64,000 nucleotides of DNA from an uncultured Desulfosarcina sp. (GTDB taxonomy: Bacteria > Desulfobacterota > Desulfobacteria > Desulfobacterales > Desulfosarcinaceae). Within the stretch, counting starts at the first letter, position 1, and every line of letters starts with the position of its first letter. Shown one piece after another: positions 1 to 10,194 of this stretch. The stretch is from positions 1,280,001-1,344,000 of the forward strand of contig CAXXWQ010000003.1 in NCBI GenBank assembly GCA_963674945.2, in the 5' to 3' direction. The notes under the pieces were generated by a model, which worked only from the letters and a program-made list of their open reading frames with translations, was not told the DNA's origin and did no database searches. Both the position numbers and the translations under genes were made by a program.

Positions 1-218
1 CCCCGCAGGATCTGGCGTTCGATGGCTTCGGCGAGAATTTTCAATCGTTCGAGGGAAGGCGGCATTCCCCTTTCTCCCATGGCGACCAGATCCTTGAGCA
101 ATCCGGCATTTTCGTTGACGATGGCAAGAACGTTTTTTATTTCGTGGGACACCGAAGCGGACATTTCGCCGAAAAACCGAATTCCCTCGATAGCCAGCTC
201 CCGGGATGGATCTGTCAT
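1..218 (-). CDS. HisKA-containing protein, N-terminal part (truncated by window edge); paralog of 5859..6518
   Basis: Manual translation from ATG at 218: MTDPSRELAIEGIRFFGEMSASVSHEIKNVLAIVNENAGLLKDL. It has an H-box (SHEIKN) similar to FFGKVNASISHELKNVMAIISETAGLLKDL in 5859..6518. Absent from the ORF track because it runs off the edge. Confidence 0.8.
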   Translation of the reverse strand, partial: MTDPSRELAIEGIRFFGEMSASVSHEIKNVLAIVNENAGLLKDLVAMGERGMPPSLERLKILAEAIERQILR

Positions 219-440
219 AATCTTTTTCCTAATCAATATGGGGGTCGTGTTCCTATGGTCAGAAAAATCATCTATCGATCCAACCTCTCGTTCGCGTCTA
301 TCCAGAAATAGGAAAATTTGGTCGAGATCAAGGCGTGTGAAAAATTTTACCGCAGGTGCCCCGAAGGAAATGCCCTTGGGGTGCATGTGGTTGATATTCC
401 GAGGATAAAATTTTTCGCGCAACGCCAGATATCGGGCAAA

Positions 441-2186
441 TTAGCCATTTCTGGATGGGCACTCGTTTGCGGATGATCCTCCGGGCCGTTTCAGTGGCAG
501 GGTGATGGTGAATGCACTGCCCTGATTCACCTTGCTTTGGACCTTGATTTTCCCGCCCATCTGAGAAACCATGCCATAGGTGACGGGCAGTCCCAAGCCG
601 GCACCACCGGCACCGCTGCTCGTGGAAAAGAACGGTTCGAAGACCCGTTTGAGATCCTCCTGTGGGATGCCGAGCCCTGTGTCGGCAACGGTCACGAAAA
701 TCTCAGATGATCCACGCATCCCCATGGCAACATTCAGACGTCCGCCGTCTTCCATGGCTGCCATGGCGTTGTTAACCAGATTGAGAATGCTCTGCTGGAG
801 ATTGCCCCGGTCACACTCGATTGTGGGAATTTCACCTTTTATGGCAACGGTAACGGCGATGGATCGCTGCTTCGCCTCTTTTTCCATAAACGCCAGCACT
901 TCTCTGACGACATCCTCCACGTTCACCGCCTCAATGGACGACTCCATGTGCCGGGCAAAGCTCAACATCCGCTGGGTTACGGCACCGCATCGCTGCACCG
1001 AGGAAAGCACATCGTCCACGAGGCCGGATATTCGCTCGGTATCGAGGCGATCTCGCTGCAGCAAGATGAGATCTTTCATCAACCCGGCCTTCTGACTGAT
1101 GATCGCCAAAGGATTGTTGACCTCGTGGGCCACACCCGATGCCAGTCGCCCGATGGAGGCCAACTTGTTGGCGTAAGCCACCTGATGAAGGGCGCGCACC
1201 CGACGCCGGTCGGCCAGGTGAATGCGGTTGACCATATATGTGGCGGCAATCAGGATCGTGATGAGAATCACGACGATATTGATAAACAGAAAACCGACAA
1301 GCTGCATGCGAGGCATGCGCCAGAGATCCAGGATCCCGATTTGCCGCTGCACCGTGATGAGGGAAAACGGGCTGTCGGAGATGGGGGCGAGACCCAAAAT
1401 CAACCGTCCTTCCTCCGGGTCGGTTATCTCGAATACTGTAGTACCGGCCGCGGCTTCAGGAATGGGCAGGGAAAGTCTGTCGAAACGGTTTCCATGATAC
1501 CGGCTACGGGTCTGCAGGACGCCCCGATGATCCACGATGAAAACGTCCTCTCCCTCGTCGATGAGAAGTTGTGAGAAGAGATCGTCGAAAATACTCACAG
1601 CCAGCGTGGATCGCAGGACGAAGAATCCTCCTTCATCCCGGTCCTGTCGAAGGGCCATGATCAGTCGCCCTTCCTGTTTTGAATCGGACGACACCGCTTC
1701 GCTGATGGCAAACCCGTTAACAGTGACTTGGCGAAACCCATTGTCGTCCATTGCCGGATTCATGGTGGCATCTCCCGGACCGGCGTAAGCCTGGACTCTT
1801 TTATGATCGACGACCACGGCCAGGTCCACGAAGCCGTCCATCACACCCTTGAGGTGGATGAGAACGGCGTCCAGCCGTCCGGGTGCCAACAGTTGAGAAT
1901 AGGTGTTGTCCTGCAGGATAAAGGCCAGGGCCGAACGACGCTGTGACAACGCATGGGAAACACTTCGCCATGTATTGGTAACGATGCGTTCGACTTCCAG
2001 CTTTGCCTCTGTTTCGAAGGAGTGACGGGTCAACCGGTAATCGATCAGGGTAACGATAAGAAGTGGCACCAGTGTGAAGATCGTCATGAAGGCAACGAGC
2101 ATCAGCCATCTGCGTCGATAGCCAAAATGCCGTCTCGTTGGATCCGAGCCAGGCTCTTCGTAATCCCAGAATCGGGGTTTGAACAT
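441..2186 (-). CDS. Membrane sensor histidine kinase (two TM segments, extracytoplasmic Cache-like domain, HisKA, HATPase)
   Basis: H-box GVAHEVNNPL, N-box NLVNNA, G1 DTGLGI, F-box FEPFFST, G2 GAGLGL. The ORF track starts at 2270; ATG 2186 is preferred because it has an upstream GGAG and avoids overlap. Confidence 0.92.
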   Translation of the reverse strand: MFKPRFWDYEEPGSDPTRRHFGYRRRWLMLVAFMTIFTLVPLLIVTLIDYRLTRHSFETEAKLEVERIVTNTWRSVSHALSQRRSALAFILQDNTYSQLLAPGRLDAVLIHLKGVMDGFVDLAVVVDHKRVQAYAGPGDATMNPAMDDNGFRQVTVNGFAISEAVSSDSKQEGRLIMALRQDRDEGGFFVLRSTLAVSIFDDLFSQLLIDEGEDVFIVDHRGVLQTRSRYHGNRFDRLSLPIPEAAAGTTVFEITDPEEGRLILGLAPISDSPFSLITVQRQIGILDLWRMPRMQLVGFLFINIVVILITILIAATYMVNRIHLADRRRVRALHQVAYANKLASIGRLASGVAHEVNNPLAIISQKAGLMKDLILLQRDRLDTERISGLVDDVLSSVQRCGAVTQRMLSFARHMESSIEAVNVEDVVREVLAFMEKEAKQRSIAVTVAIKGEIPTIECDRGNLQQSILNLVNNAMAAMEDGGRLNVAMGMRGSSEIFVTVADTGLGIPQEDLKRVFEPFFSTSSGAGGAGLGLPVTYGMVSQMGGKIKVQSKVNQGSAFTITLPLKRPGGSSANECPSRNG

Positions 2187-2241
2187 ATATGATCTCCAAC
2201 GGTCAATACCGGATCGTGGGTATGTTCGTGGTGAAACGGAG

Positions 2242-3459
2242 TCAGGGGTCATCCGTTCGATTCTTTTCATGGGCCTTTTTTATCGTATCACTCAATATTT
2301 CCATGTCCACGGGTTTTTGCAGGTAGGCGAATGCCCCTTGCGCCATGCATCGTTTTCGATCCGACTCGTCTCCATGGCCGGTCAGGATGATGACCTCGAT
2401 CGCAGGTCGCATCTCCTTTGTCAACGCGAGTACCGACATGCCATCCATTTTTGGCATCTTGAGGTCCAGAACCATCACTTCGGGTGGATCTTCCCGCACC
2501 ATTTCCAAGGCGGTCTCTCCGTCAAAGGCCACGGCAGAGCCCATGTCACGAAGTTGAAGCCGCTCTGAAAGCGTCTTGACGAATTCTTGTTCATCGTCCA
2601 CCAACAATACCCGGGAGGGATGTTCCATACTGAATCTGTAATAGATCTGCGGTGATGGATTCATCCTTTCCTGTATTACGGCGACCGATTGAACGCCGGT
2701 TACGGCCCCGGCAAGATCGCAAAGATCCTTTTCTAGTAGAGATCGATTCAACACCTGCTTGCCGATGGTCAACACGACCTGACCCCTATCGGCCGAAACA
2801 GAGACGTCGTGACCGGCCCGGTACAATGTCATTTCGACGGTGGCCGAAAGCGCGAAATCATCCAACGCCTGATACAGGGTGTCACCAGACGATTCAGCTC
2901 CGTTTTCATTATGGGCCTTGATCAAGGCAGCCGCCTTTTCCCGATCTGTCTGGTGCATGGAAAGGACGATGTCGTACAGGGATGGATCCCATGGATCATT
3001 TATACCATAAAGGAATTCGGCCCAGGCGGCACTGTCGACATCGTCGGCCCGGATTTGCTGCAAGGCCGACTGTTCGTCCGTTGCGGACTTCGTTTGCGCA
3101 TAAATAATGCGGTAAGATGTCGGCGCTGCAATGCACACCCGATGAATGTCACGGATTGACCGGGGAATGAGCAGGCTGCAAAATCCGTGTACCAAAAGCG
3201 GTGCTGTGCTCAATTCCCTTGCCAGCGCTACCCGTAACGAGGCGATGGAAAACTCCTTTTCGTGGGTAAATGGGTTGAAAACCGAAGTATTGGCAGAGAA
3301 TGCGCACCGAATTTTCTTTACCGGAATACCGGACACGTCTGCTGCTTTTTCGATGAGTTCCTGGTCGGTGATCAGACGGATTCCGGAAGCGGCGACAAGG
3401 TCGTCGACGATTTTGTCTGCGCCACAGTACACCCCACCGAATATGGCAATCCCAGGCAT
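2242..3459 (-). CDS. Response regulator with N-terminal cytidylate-kinase-like domain and C-terminal receiver domain
   Basis: C-terminal REC (VLLVDDEQEF, LDLKMP, ILTGHG, YLQKP). The N-terminus resembles Cytidylate_kin2-like proteins (degenerate P-loop FGGVYCGAD, LYGINDPWDPSLYDIVL). Confidence 0.8.
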   Translation of the reverse strand: MPGIAIFGGVYCGADKIVDDLVAASGIRLITDQELIEKAADVSGIPVKKIRCAFSANTSVFNPFTHEKEFSIASLRVALARELSTAPLLVHGFCSLLIPRSIRDIHRVCIAAPTSYRIIYAQTKSATDEQSALQQIRADDVDSAAWAEFLYGINDPWDPSLYDIVLSMHQTDREKAAALIKAHNENGAESSGDTLYQALDDFALSATVEMTLYRAGHDVSVSADRGQVVLTIGKQVLNRSLLEKDLCDLAGAVTGVQSVAVIQERMNPSPQIYYRFSMEHPSRVLLVDDEQEFVKTLSERLQLRDMGSAVAFDGETALEMVREDPPEVMVLDLKMPKMDGMSVLALTKEMRPAIEVIILTGHGDESDRKRCMAQGAFAYLQKPVDMEILSDTIKKAHEKNRTDDP

Positions 3460-3740
3460 GGTTACGTTCCTGTGGCGCGATCCTTCAATACAGGATCCTT
3501 GTCCTTGAATTGATGCAAAATCATTGTCGTGGCAACAAAGGCAACACTGAAAAACCGGGCCGTGGCGGCTGCCTGGAACCAGTTTCGTGAAAAGGGCCGC
3601 GTCGCTGCGTCAAAGATTGCATTTGGTAAGGACATGTGTTACCGGTTTGTCAATTCTCGACCAAATAATTGAAAAAGCCGTCCATGATTGGTCGGGAATT
3701 TTTAAATGACTGTTAGGGTATTGTCAATAGGAGACACGAA

Positions 3741-4976
3741 ATGTCCCCCATACCGGAAAAGGCGGAACTGCTCAACACGCTCAGGCAAGGTCAATTTGCC
3801 GTACCGGACTTCATTTATGTGTCCGCACAGGATTTTGAAAATGAGAATTTCTCCCAGCTGGAGTCTTTTTTGCAGAGTCGCCGGGAGAGTTTCAAGGTAA
3901 TCGCCAGAAGCGCCCACCCCCAGGAGCATCGATTCAAGGGGGGCACATTCGATTCCCTGGAGACATACGCGGATGTTGCCGGTATCCGCTATGCTAGAAA
4001 CAAGATGATCAAACTGGCAAAAACCAGCAGGCATCTCTCCATCGCCCGGCAGCAACGGTTCAATCATGCCCCGAAGATCGATCTGGAACAAATGGGGGTA
4101 ATCGTCATGCCATTTATCGACGGATCCAGCGTGATGGCGAAGATGATCGGCGGACATTGGGAATTCGGATATTGCCGGGACCGTATTCACAAAATACAAA
4201 GCGAGCCCTACATTACCCGAACCCCCCACGACCGACGCCTGGTCCAGTTGTCCAAAGATATGCAGCACTATTTGGGGTTTCGGTGTGAAATCGAGTATAT
4301 CATCGCCGCCGATGGCGAGATTCACGTGGTGCAGGCCAAGGACATCTCAGACATCGATACCCTGGAAGAGAAAGAAAGTCGGCGTTCCATCGGCTTAGAT
4401 GGCATCCGACGGATCCGGAAGTGGCGAAGCTACCGGGAACGGCCCTTGTATGTAATGGACAACAAGGCCTTTTACATCGACATCATTTCCCAGTGCGAAG
4501 AGGTGTTTCATTCCAAAAAGAAACCGAGCAGACAGGACATCGTTCCCATTGTCGACTTCGTTTCGGCCTACCAGGCCGATCTCGAGGCCTTTGCATTACG
4601 CCACCAGCGCTATGCCGTATTGGGGATGGCCATCCAGGACCCGGTGGAGTTGTATCAGATTGCCAGCCATTATTTGGACGACACCCCGGAACTGCAAAAG
4701 GAACTGTCCAAGGCTCTCCACAACAACCTTTACCAGATCGACATCTTTCTGTCGGAAGCCGACACGCTTATCGTCAAGGATCGATTCCGGATAAACTTGT
4801 GCAGCCACGACGCCTACGGCATCGATACGGTGAGAAACCCGCTTTGGACGGTCTATTGGCAGGCTGACCGGCATTCGAAGGTGGTCACAGAATTCAAGCG
4901 GGTGGGATTCAAGACCGGCGACACCGTGGGGATCCACATTGACGCGGAAGACAAACCGACTGTTTATCGACTCTGA
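3741..4976 (+). CDS. PPDK/PEP-synthase N-terminal (ATP-grasp)-like protein with unknown C-terminal domain
   Basis: PPDK_N-like motifs KAELLNTL..FAVPDF, VIARSA, MGVIVMPFI, CEIEYII..IHVVQAKDI. GGAG RBS upstream. No phospho-His swivel motif seen. Confidence 0.6.
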   Translation: MSPIPEKAELLNTLRQGQFAVPDFIYVSAQDFENENFSQLESFLQSRRESFKVIARSAHPQEHRFKGGTFDSLETYADVAGIRYARNKMIKLAKTSRHLSIARQQRFNHAPKIDLEQMGVIVMPFIDGSSVMAKMIGGHWEFGYCRDRIHKIQSEPYITRTPHDRRLVQLSKDMQHYLGFRCEIEYIIAADGEIHVVQAKDISDIDTLEEKESRRSIGLDGIRRIRKWRSYRERPLYVMDNKAFYIDIISQCEEVFHSKKKPSRQDIVPIVDFVSAYQADLEAFALRHQRYAVLGMAIQDPVELYQIASHYLDDTPELQKELSKALHNNLYQIDIFLSEADTLIVKDRFRINLCSHDAYGIDTVRNPLWTVYWQADRHSKVVTEFKRVGFKTGDTVGIHIDAEDKPTVYRL

Positions 4977-5038
4977 TTGCCGTTAAATAAACTTTGGGCT
5001 ATGCCCGATCGAGCCGAAAAGGGTAGGATCGATTTTGC

Positions 5039-5208
5039 GAACTTCGAACATTGAACGTCGAACGTTGAATGATGCAATCGCTTCGCTCCGTCGTCTGATA
5101 AAACGATCTTGTTTTTTTGTTGCCGTCAGTGAAGCAGGGCGGCAAGATTTGGGAACGACAGAATTCCTTATTCGATGTTCGAAGTTGGACGTTCAGTGTT
5201 CGAAGTTC
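5039..5208. repeat. Inverted pair of tandem heptamer arrays (GAACNTY / reverse complement) around a TCGCTTCGCTC core
   Basis: Left arm gaacttc-gaacatt-gaacgtc-gaacgtt (5039-5066); right arm gatgttc-gaagttg-gacgttc-agtgttc-gaagttc (5174-5208); core at 5078-5088. Lies between convergent genes. Confidence 0.8.
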
Positions 5209-5283
5209 ATGGATCGGTTTTCAGTCCCCTTCGAGAAGGCTTCATCAAACCACCTGCTCTTCGGGAGGTCGGTGACTTGGAAG

Positions 5284-5790
5284 CTACTTCACATCATCGT
5301 CGATTTTCGACAGTGCCTTTAAAAGTCCAAGGGGTGAATGCTGCAACGAAAGTTTGCTGATCGCGGCCATCCGTTTTTCATTGCTCTCGAATTTCTTTTT
5401 CAGTCTTGCCTGATAGGCATCCTTGAGCGATTCCACAAGCTTATCGAAATCGTAGGGTTTCTCCAGGTATTTAAAGGCACCGAGTTTTGTGCACTCAACT
5501 GCCGAATCGACGGTGGCGTGACCGGTGAGCATAATAATCTCGATGAATTTGTGGGTCTGTTTTAGGATGCGCAGCACCTGTTCCCCATCAGTACCCGGCA
5601 TCTGAAGATCCAATACCGCCACGTCAAAGCCGCCTTTTTTTGCCGCCTCGATGGCATCCTCACCATTGGTGGCTGTCTCAACCGTAAAGCCCTTCATCCG
5701 AAGTCGATTCGAAACCGCATCGAGGAATTTGACTTCGTCATCCACCAAAAGAAGTTTAATTTGGTTTTCCGTTTCCATGGTGTCCTCCAC
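5284..5790 (-). CDS. Single-domain response regulator with short C-terminal extension
   Basis: LLLVDDE, VLDLQMP, MLTGHA, YLEKP. Confidence 0.92.
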   Translation of the reverse strand: MEDTMETENQIKLLLVDDEVKFLDAVSNRLRMKGFTVETATNGEDAIEAAKKGGFDVAVLDLQMPGTDGEQVLRILKQTHKFIEIIMLTGHATVDSAVECTKLGAFKYLEKPYDFDKLVESLKDAYQARLKKKFESNEKRMAAISKLSLQHSPLGLLKALSKIDDDVK

Positions 5791-5858
5791 ATGTATGAAG
5801 TGAAATGGTGTTGTCGTCGTATTATGCGGTTTTTATCAGAAACCGATGGTGATTTGTC

Positions 5859-6518
5859 TTATACTATTTTTGTCGGAACATCAATCTCGAGGCGGTCCGA
5901 AGACCGGTCCCAAAGGATGGAAACACCGATGGATGCGGCCATTTTTTTTAAGTCTTCCTCGGGAAAGACCTGGTATTCTTCGGCACTGAAGCCATAAACG
6001 AAAATGCACCAGGTCGAATCGTCTTTGGTCTGGACGAAAATTTCCAACTCGCCCTGGGGACCGGTATGTTGAAATGCCTGAACCACGACCTGGTAAACGA
6101 TGGAGTGCAAAATAAAGGGACAGGTCTCCACGGTGGGCGCTGCATCACCGCTGGAATTCAAACGCGTTTTGCCCGCATAGCTGAGATAACCGGAAAGATT
6201 GCATACCAGGTCCAACACTTCCATCAGATTGACAGTACCAACGGGATGATCGACGCTGTGGGCGAACCGATTCATCTGTCGTATGGTGGAAAATCCCCGC
6301 TGGATTTCTTCGACGATGCTGTCGACGCTGCTGGTAAGCATATCGGTTGGAACGGATTGACCTTCTCCTGCCATTTCGGCCAGATCTTTGAGCAAACCGG
6401 CTGTTTCCGAAATAATGGCCATGACGTTTTTCAATTCATGGGAAATGGAAGCGTTGACCTTTCCGAAAAACCCCAGGCTTGCATAGCCAAACAGGTCGTC
6501 TTGGTTTACCATAATCAC
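5859..6518 (-). CDS. Soluble HisKA protein with degenerate ATPase domain (putative phosphotransferase/pseudokinase)
   Basis: H-box SISHELKN present; no recognisable N, G1 or G2 boxes in the C-terminal half. Confidence 0.75.
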   Translation of the reverse strand: MIMVNQDDLFGYASLGFFGKVNASISHELKNVMAIISETAGLLKDLAEMAGEGQSVPTDMLTSSVDSIVEEIQRGFSTIRQMNRFAHSVDHPVGTVNLMEVLDLVCNLSGYLSYAGKTRLNSSGDAAPTVETCPFILHSIVYQVVVQAFQHTGPQGELEIFVQTKDDSTWCIFVYGFSAEEYQVFPEEDLKKMAASIGVSILWDRSSDRLEIDVPTKIV

Positions 6519-6611
6519 CTTCTTCGATTTTACGTATGGACCTCATCTGGTATTCCTCATCCGGGCAACGATGAATCGGTACCAGTGAATGACGCAGACC
6601 GTCGTCTCCCC

Positions 6612-6962
6612 TTACTTCAATTGGTTCAAGGTTTCAATCAGATCTTCGATCTTCAGCGGCTTGGGCAGATATTCGTCGGCCTCAATGATACCGGCGTGGT
6701 AATCGGCATCCGAGCCATGACCGGTAAGAAAGACGAATTTCATTTTCGGATTCAATACGGCCAGTTGCCGTCGTAATTCGATGCCACCGATTCCCGGCAT
6801 TTTGACATCCAGAAGTGCCGCGTCGAAAGGTGGTTCCGACTTGACAATTTCCAGGGCATCATTGCCGGTAAAGGCTACCGCTACGGTGAATCCTCTCAAT
6901 TCTAACCGTTTGGCCAGCATAAGTGCAAACTTTTGTTCATCGTCGACAAGCAAGACCTTCAT
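6612..6962 (-). CDS. Single-domain response regulator
   Basis: VLLVDDE, LLDVKMP, FLTGHG, YLPKP; start overlaps the upstream kinase stop (ATGA). Confidence 0.92.
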   Translation of the reverse strand: MKVLLVDDEQKFALMLAKRLELRGFTVAVAFTGNDALEIVKSEPPFDAALLDVKMPGIGGIELRRQLAVLNPKMKFVFLTGHGSDADYHAGIIEADEYLPKPLKIEDLIETLNQLK

Positions 6963-8719
6963 GGTAGATTATCTCTCTCCAGTTGGACGGGAAGGGTGAT
7001 CACGAACGTCGTTCCCTTGCCCGTTTGACTTTGAACCTCTATGTCGCCGTGGAGTTTTTTCACCAGTCCATAGGTAATGGAGAGGCCCAAACCGGTTCCC
7101 TTTCCCTCGGGTTTCGTGGTGAAAAACGGCTCAAACACTTTATTGAGGTGATCTTCCGAAATGCCACATCCATTGTCCTGAATCACGAGGCGAACGCGAT
7201 CGGGAGATGCAATCTCGGCACGAATGGCCACACTGCACCCGTTGCCAATGGCCTGAAAAGCGTTGTTTACCAAATTGAGGATAATCTGCTGCAGTTTCCC
7301 CCGGTCGGTTTCGATAATGGGTACGGTATCGGGGATGTCCATATGAATGGAAATGTTGCGATATTCAGCCTCCTTTTTGTGGAAATTGAGTACATCGGAG
7401 ACGATTTCCTTCAGGTCTGTGGACTGGGTCTTTACGTCGAAACGCCGGGCAAATCCCAGCAATTGGCGTGTGATGATGCCGCAACGATCAACGGCATCGA
7501 TGATCGAATCGATATGCTCCAACAGCTCGGGATCATCCTTATACTGATCCTTTAACTGAAACAGATCGCGCACATAGCCGGCGGTCTCGTTGATCAGGGC
7601 CAGCGGATTGTTGATTTCATGGGCAACCCCGGCAGCCAGTTGTCCAACGGAGGCCAACTGGCAGTTCTGTTCGGCAGCGACCATGGTCTTTGCCTTTTCC
7701 CGATCCGCTTTAAAAATCTTATTGACCATGATCGTGGATGTAAGGGTGATCACCGCAACGACGATCAACGTGCTGACGCCGAGGAACCAATTGATGTTGG
7801 ATCGCATGTCCATCCACACCTTCATCAGTCCCGCTTTTTGTTTGACCACCATGAGGATAAAAGGTGTATCGACAACTTTGGTGTTGATGAATGCATAACC
7901 GACGACGATCTGCTGTCCTTTGGAATCCGTGGACAAAACGGCTTGGGTACGCTCGGAATAGACCGGCGGCATGATCTTCATCCGGTGGTCTTCCCGCTCG
8001 TAGAACGGCGAGGGCGTCTGAAGCAGACCGTTGCGGTTGACGAGAAAGATGTCCACGTGCTGGCCGGTCTCATAGGAGGAAAGGGTCTGGAACAGCTTTT
8101 CCGTCTCCAGGGTGGCGCGAAGAAAGAAATGTCGACCATCCGGCCGGTTGGATTTCACCGCCAGGACAATATGGGGGATGTCACGGTATCCGGAAAAGAT
8201 TTCACTTACACAGGCATCGTGCTGTTGGCATGCCATGAACCAGTCTTGCTCGCCGTAGTATTTTCCTTCCAGGTTGTAAGGGCCGGCGTAGGCGACCTGT
8301 GTCCCACCATCATCGATGACGCTCAGATCGGTCAGCCCTCCGAAACCCAGTTTCAGATTTCGCAATATCTGGGAGAGTGTTTCGGGATGGTTCAACTGTT
8401 CGTATACCATCTCATTGGCGGTAAAGGTCAACGCATCCAGTCGTTCCTCCAGCAGGAAGGTTACCGCTCTCCTTGCATTGGACGTCAGTCGTTCCGTTCG
8501 CAAAATGGATTCGGTATCCATGGAGCGTTCGATCAGCTGGTAGTAGATCATCGTCATGAAGAGCAACGGCAACAACGATGTGGCCATCAGGATAAAAATG
8601 GTCATGACCCAGGTTTCCCGATAGTCCTGAAATGTATAGTATGGATGCAGGTGTTCATCTTCGTCACGATGAAACCGTGGCCACACCGTTCTTCCCAAAT
8701 TGCGGAGAAAACCCATCAT
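6959..8719 (-). CDS. Membrane sensor histidine kinase with Cache-like domain
   Basis: Two TM segments, GVAHEINNPL, NLVNNA, DNGCGI, FEPFFTTK, GTGLGL; paralog of 441..2186. Confidence 0.93.
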   Translation of the reverse strand: MMGFLRNLGRTVWPRFHRDEDEHLHPYYTFQDYRETWVMTIFILMATSLLPLLFMTMIYYQLIERSMDTESILRTERLTSNARRAVTFLLEERLDALTFTANEMVYEQLNHPETLSQILRNLKLGFGGLTDLSVIDDGGTQVAYAGPYNLEGKYYGEQDWFMACQQHDACVSEIFSGYRDIPHIVLAVKSNRPDGRHFFLRATLETEKLFQTLSSYETGQHVDIFLVNRNGLLQTPSPFYEREDHRMKIMPPVYSERTQAVLSTDSKGQQIVVGYAFINTKVVDTPFILMVVKQKAGLMKVWMDMRSNINWFLGVSTLIVVAVITLTSTIMVNKIFKADREKAKTMVAAEQNCQLASVGQLAAGVAHEINNPLALINETAGYVRDLFQLKDQYKDDPELLEHIDSIIDAVDRCGIITRQLLGFARRFDVKTQSTDLKEIVSDVLNFHKKEAEYRNISIHMDIPDTVPIIETDRGKLQQIILNLVNNAFQAIGNGCSVAIRAEIASPDRVRLVIQDNGCGISEDHLNKVFEPFFTTKPEGKGTGLGLSITYGLVKKLHGDIEVQSQTGKGTTFVITLPVQLERDNLP

Positions 8720-9120
8720 TCCGATTTCTCTTTGATCTGATTCGCGATCTGAACCAGGCGATCGATGTCCGCCGGTTTATTGAAAAAGGCCAGTGCCCCT
8801 TCGGCCATGCAACGCTCTCTGTCCAGATCCGTTCCGTGACCGGTAAGGATGACGACTTCGGCCGAAGGCCAACGTTTTTTAATCTGAATAAGAACATCCG
8901 TACCATACATGTCAGGCAGTCTCAAATCCAGTATGGTCAGGGGGAAAAATTTCTCGGCAACGGTGTCGACAGCTGTTTGGCCGTCATATCGGACCGTGCA
9001 TTCAATTCCCCGTAATCCAAGCCTTCTGGCCAGCATGTCGGCGTATCGTTGTTCGTCATCGACGATCAGAGTTTCACTTTGTTTCATTATGCAACTATCA
9101 TTTGGGTTGACTCTTCGCAA
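8716..9120 (-). CDS. Single-domain response regulator
   Basis: LIVDDE, ILDLRLP, ILTGHG, FFNKP; the true start may be the ATG near 9087. Confidence 0.88.
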   Translation of the reverse strand: MRRVNPNDSCIMKQSETLIVDDEQRYADMLARRLGLRGIECTVRYDGQTAVDTVAEKFFPLTILDLRLPDMYGTDVLIQIKKRWPSAEVVILTGHGTDLDRERCMAEGALAFFNKPADIDRLVQIANQIKEKSE

Positions 9121-9192
9121 AACTTAATCTATATGAAACATATAGTCGCTTTTGTTTTATTTGTAAACACTTTAATTTGGAGAGTTGGTTAA

Positions 9193-10170
9193 ATGTTAAA
9201 CATTCGAAATGTTCTATCCGGTCGATGGCTGCTTTATCTAATGGTTTCCATCATGAGTTGTCCGGCCATGGCGTTTGCAACGGAAGCCATGACAAGTGGG
9301 GCCGCAGCCAAACCCTGGTGGTTTTGGCCCATTATCCTGTTTTTCTTCTGCCTGGTACTCGGCGTTCTGGCGGTCATGGCGGGCGTCGGTGGCGGGGTAT
9401 TGTATGTACCGCTGGTCAGTGGCTTTTTTCCCTTTCACATCGATTTTGTCAGGGGCATCGGACTCATGGTCGCACTGGCCGGCGCACTGGCGGCCGGCCC
9501 GGGATTGTTGCGACGGAACCTGGCCAACCTCCGCCTGGCCCTTCCCGTGGCACTCATCGCATCGGCCTGTTCCATCGCCGGTGCCATGCTCGGCCTCTAC
9601 CTGTCCCAGTTGAATCCCAACATCATTCAGGCCTGCCTGGGTGGCACCATCGTCGGCATCGCCCTTTTGCTTCTGTTTTCCAAAAATACCGAAAAACCGG
9701 TTGTGACGAAACAGGATGCCATCGGATTGGCACTGGGACTCAATGGGGTGTACTGGGATGAAGGATCACGGGAGAGTGTGGAGTGGAAGACCCACCGAAC
9801 CCTTTTGGGCCTTTTCCTGTTCATTCTGATCGGCCTGCTGGCCGGCATGTTCGGTTTGGGGGCCGGATGGGCAAACGTACCGGTACTCAACCTGCTCATG
9901 GGGGCGCCTCTCAAAATCTCCGTGGCCACCAGCAAGTTCCTTCTTTCCATCACCGATACCTCGGCAGCGTGGATCTATCTGAACCGGGGATGCGTGATTC
10001 CGCTGATCGCCGTGCCATCCATCGTCGGTCTCATGCTCGGTTCCATTCTGGGCGTACGGATACTGGCCTTTGCCAAACCCAAGGCGATCCGGTACATGGT
10101 GATCGGTGTACTTTTCTTTGCCGGATTCAAGGCCCTTGACAAAGGGTTGGGACTGGGAATTTTAGGATAA
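9193..10170 (+). CDS. TauE/SafE (TSUP) family permease
   Basis: Highly hydrophobic with two repeats, MAGVGGGVLYVP and GMFGLGAGWANVP, and SVATSKF. Confidence 0.88.
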   Translation: MLNIRNVLSGRWLLYLMVSIMSCPAMAFATEAMTSGAAAKPWWFWPIILFFFCLVLGVLAVMAGVGGGVLYVPLVSGFFPFHIDFVRGIGLMVALAGALAAGPGLLRRNLANLRLALPVALIASACSIAGAMLGLYLSQLNPNIIQACLGGTIVGIALLLLFSKNTEKPVVTKQDAIGLALGLNGVYWDEGSRESVEWKTHRTLLGLFLFILIGLLAGMFGLGAGWANVPVLNLLMGAPLKISVATSKFLLSITDTSAAWIYLNRGCVIPLIAVPSIVGLMLGSILGVRILAFAKPKAIRYMVIGVLFFAGFKALDKGLGLGILG

Positions 10171-10194
10171 CGACTTCGATAGGGAGAAATAAAT

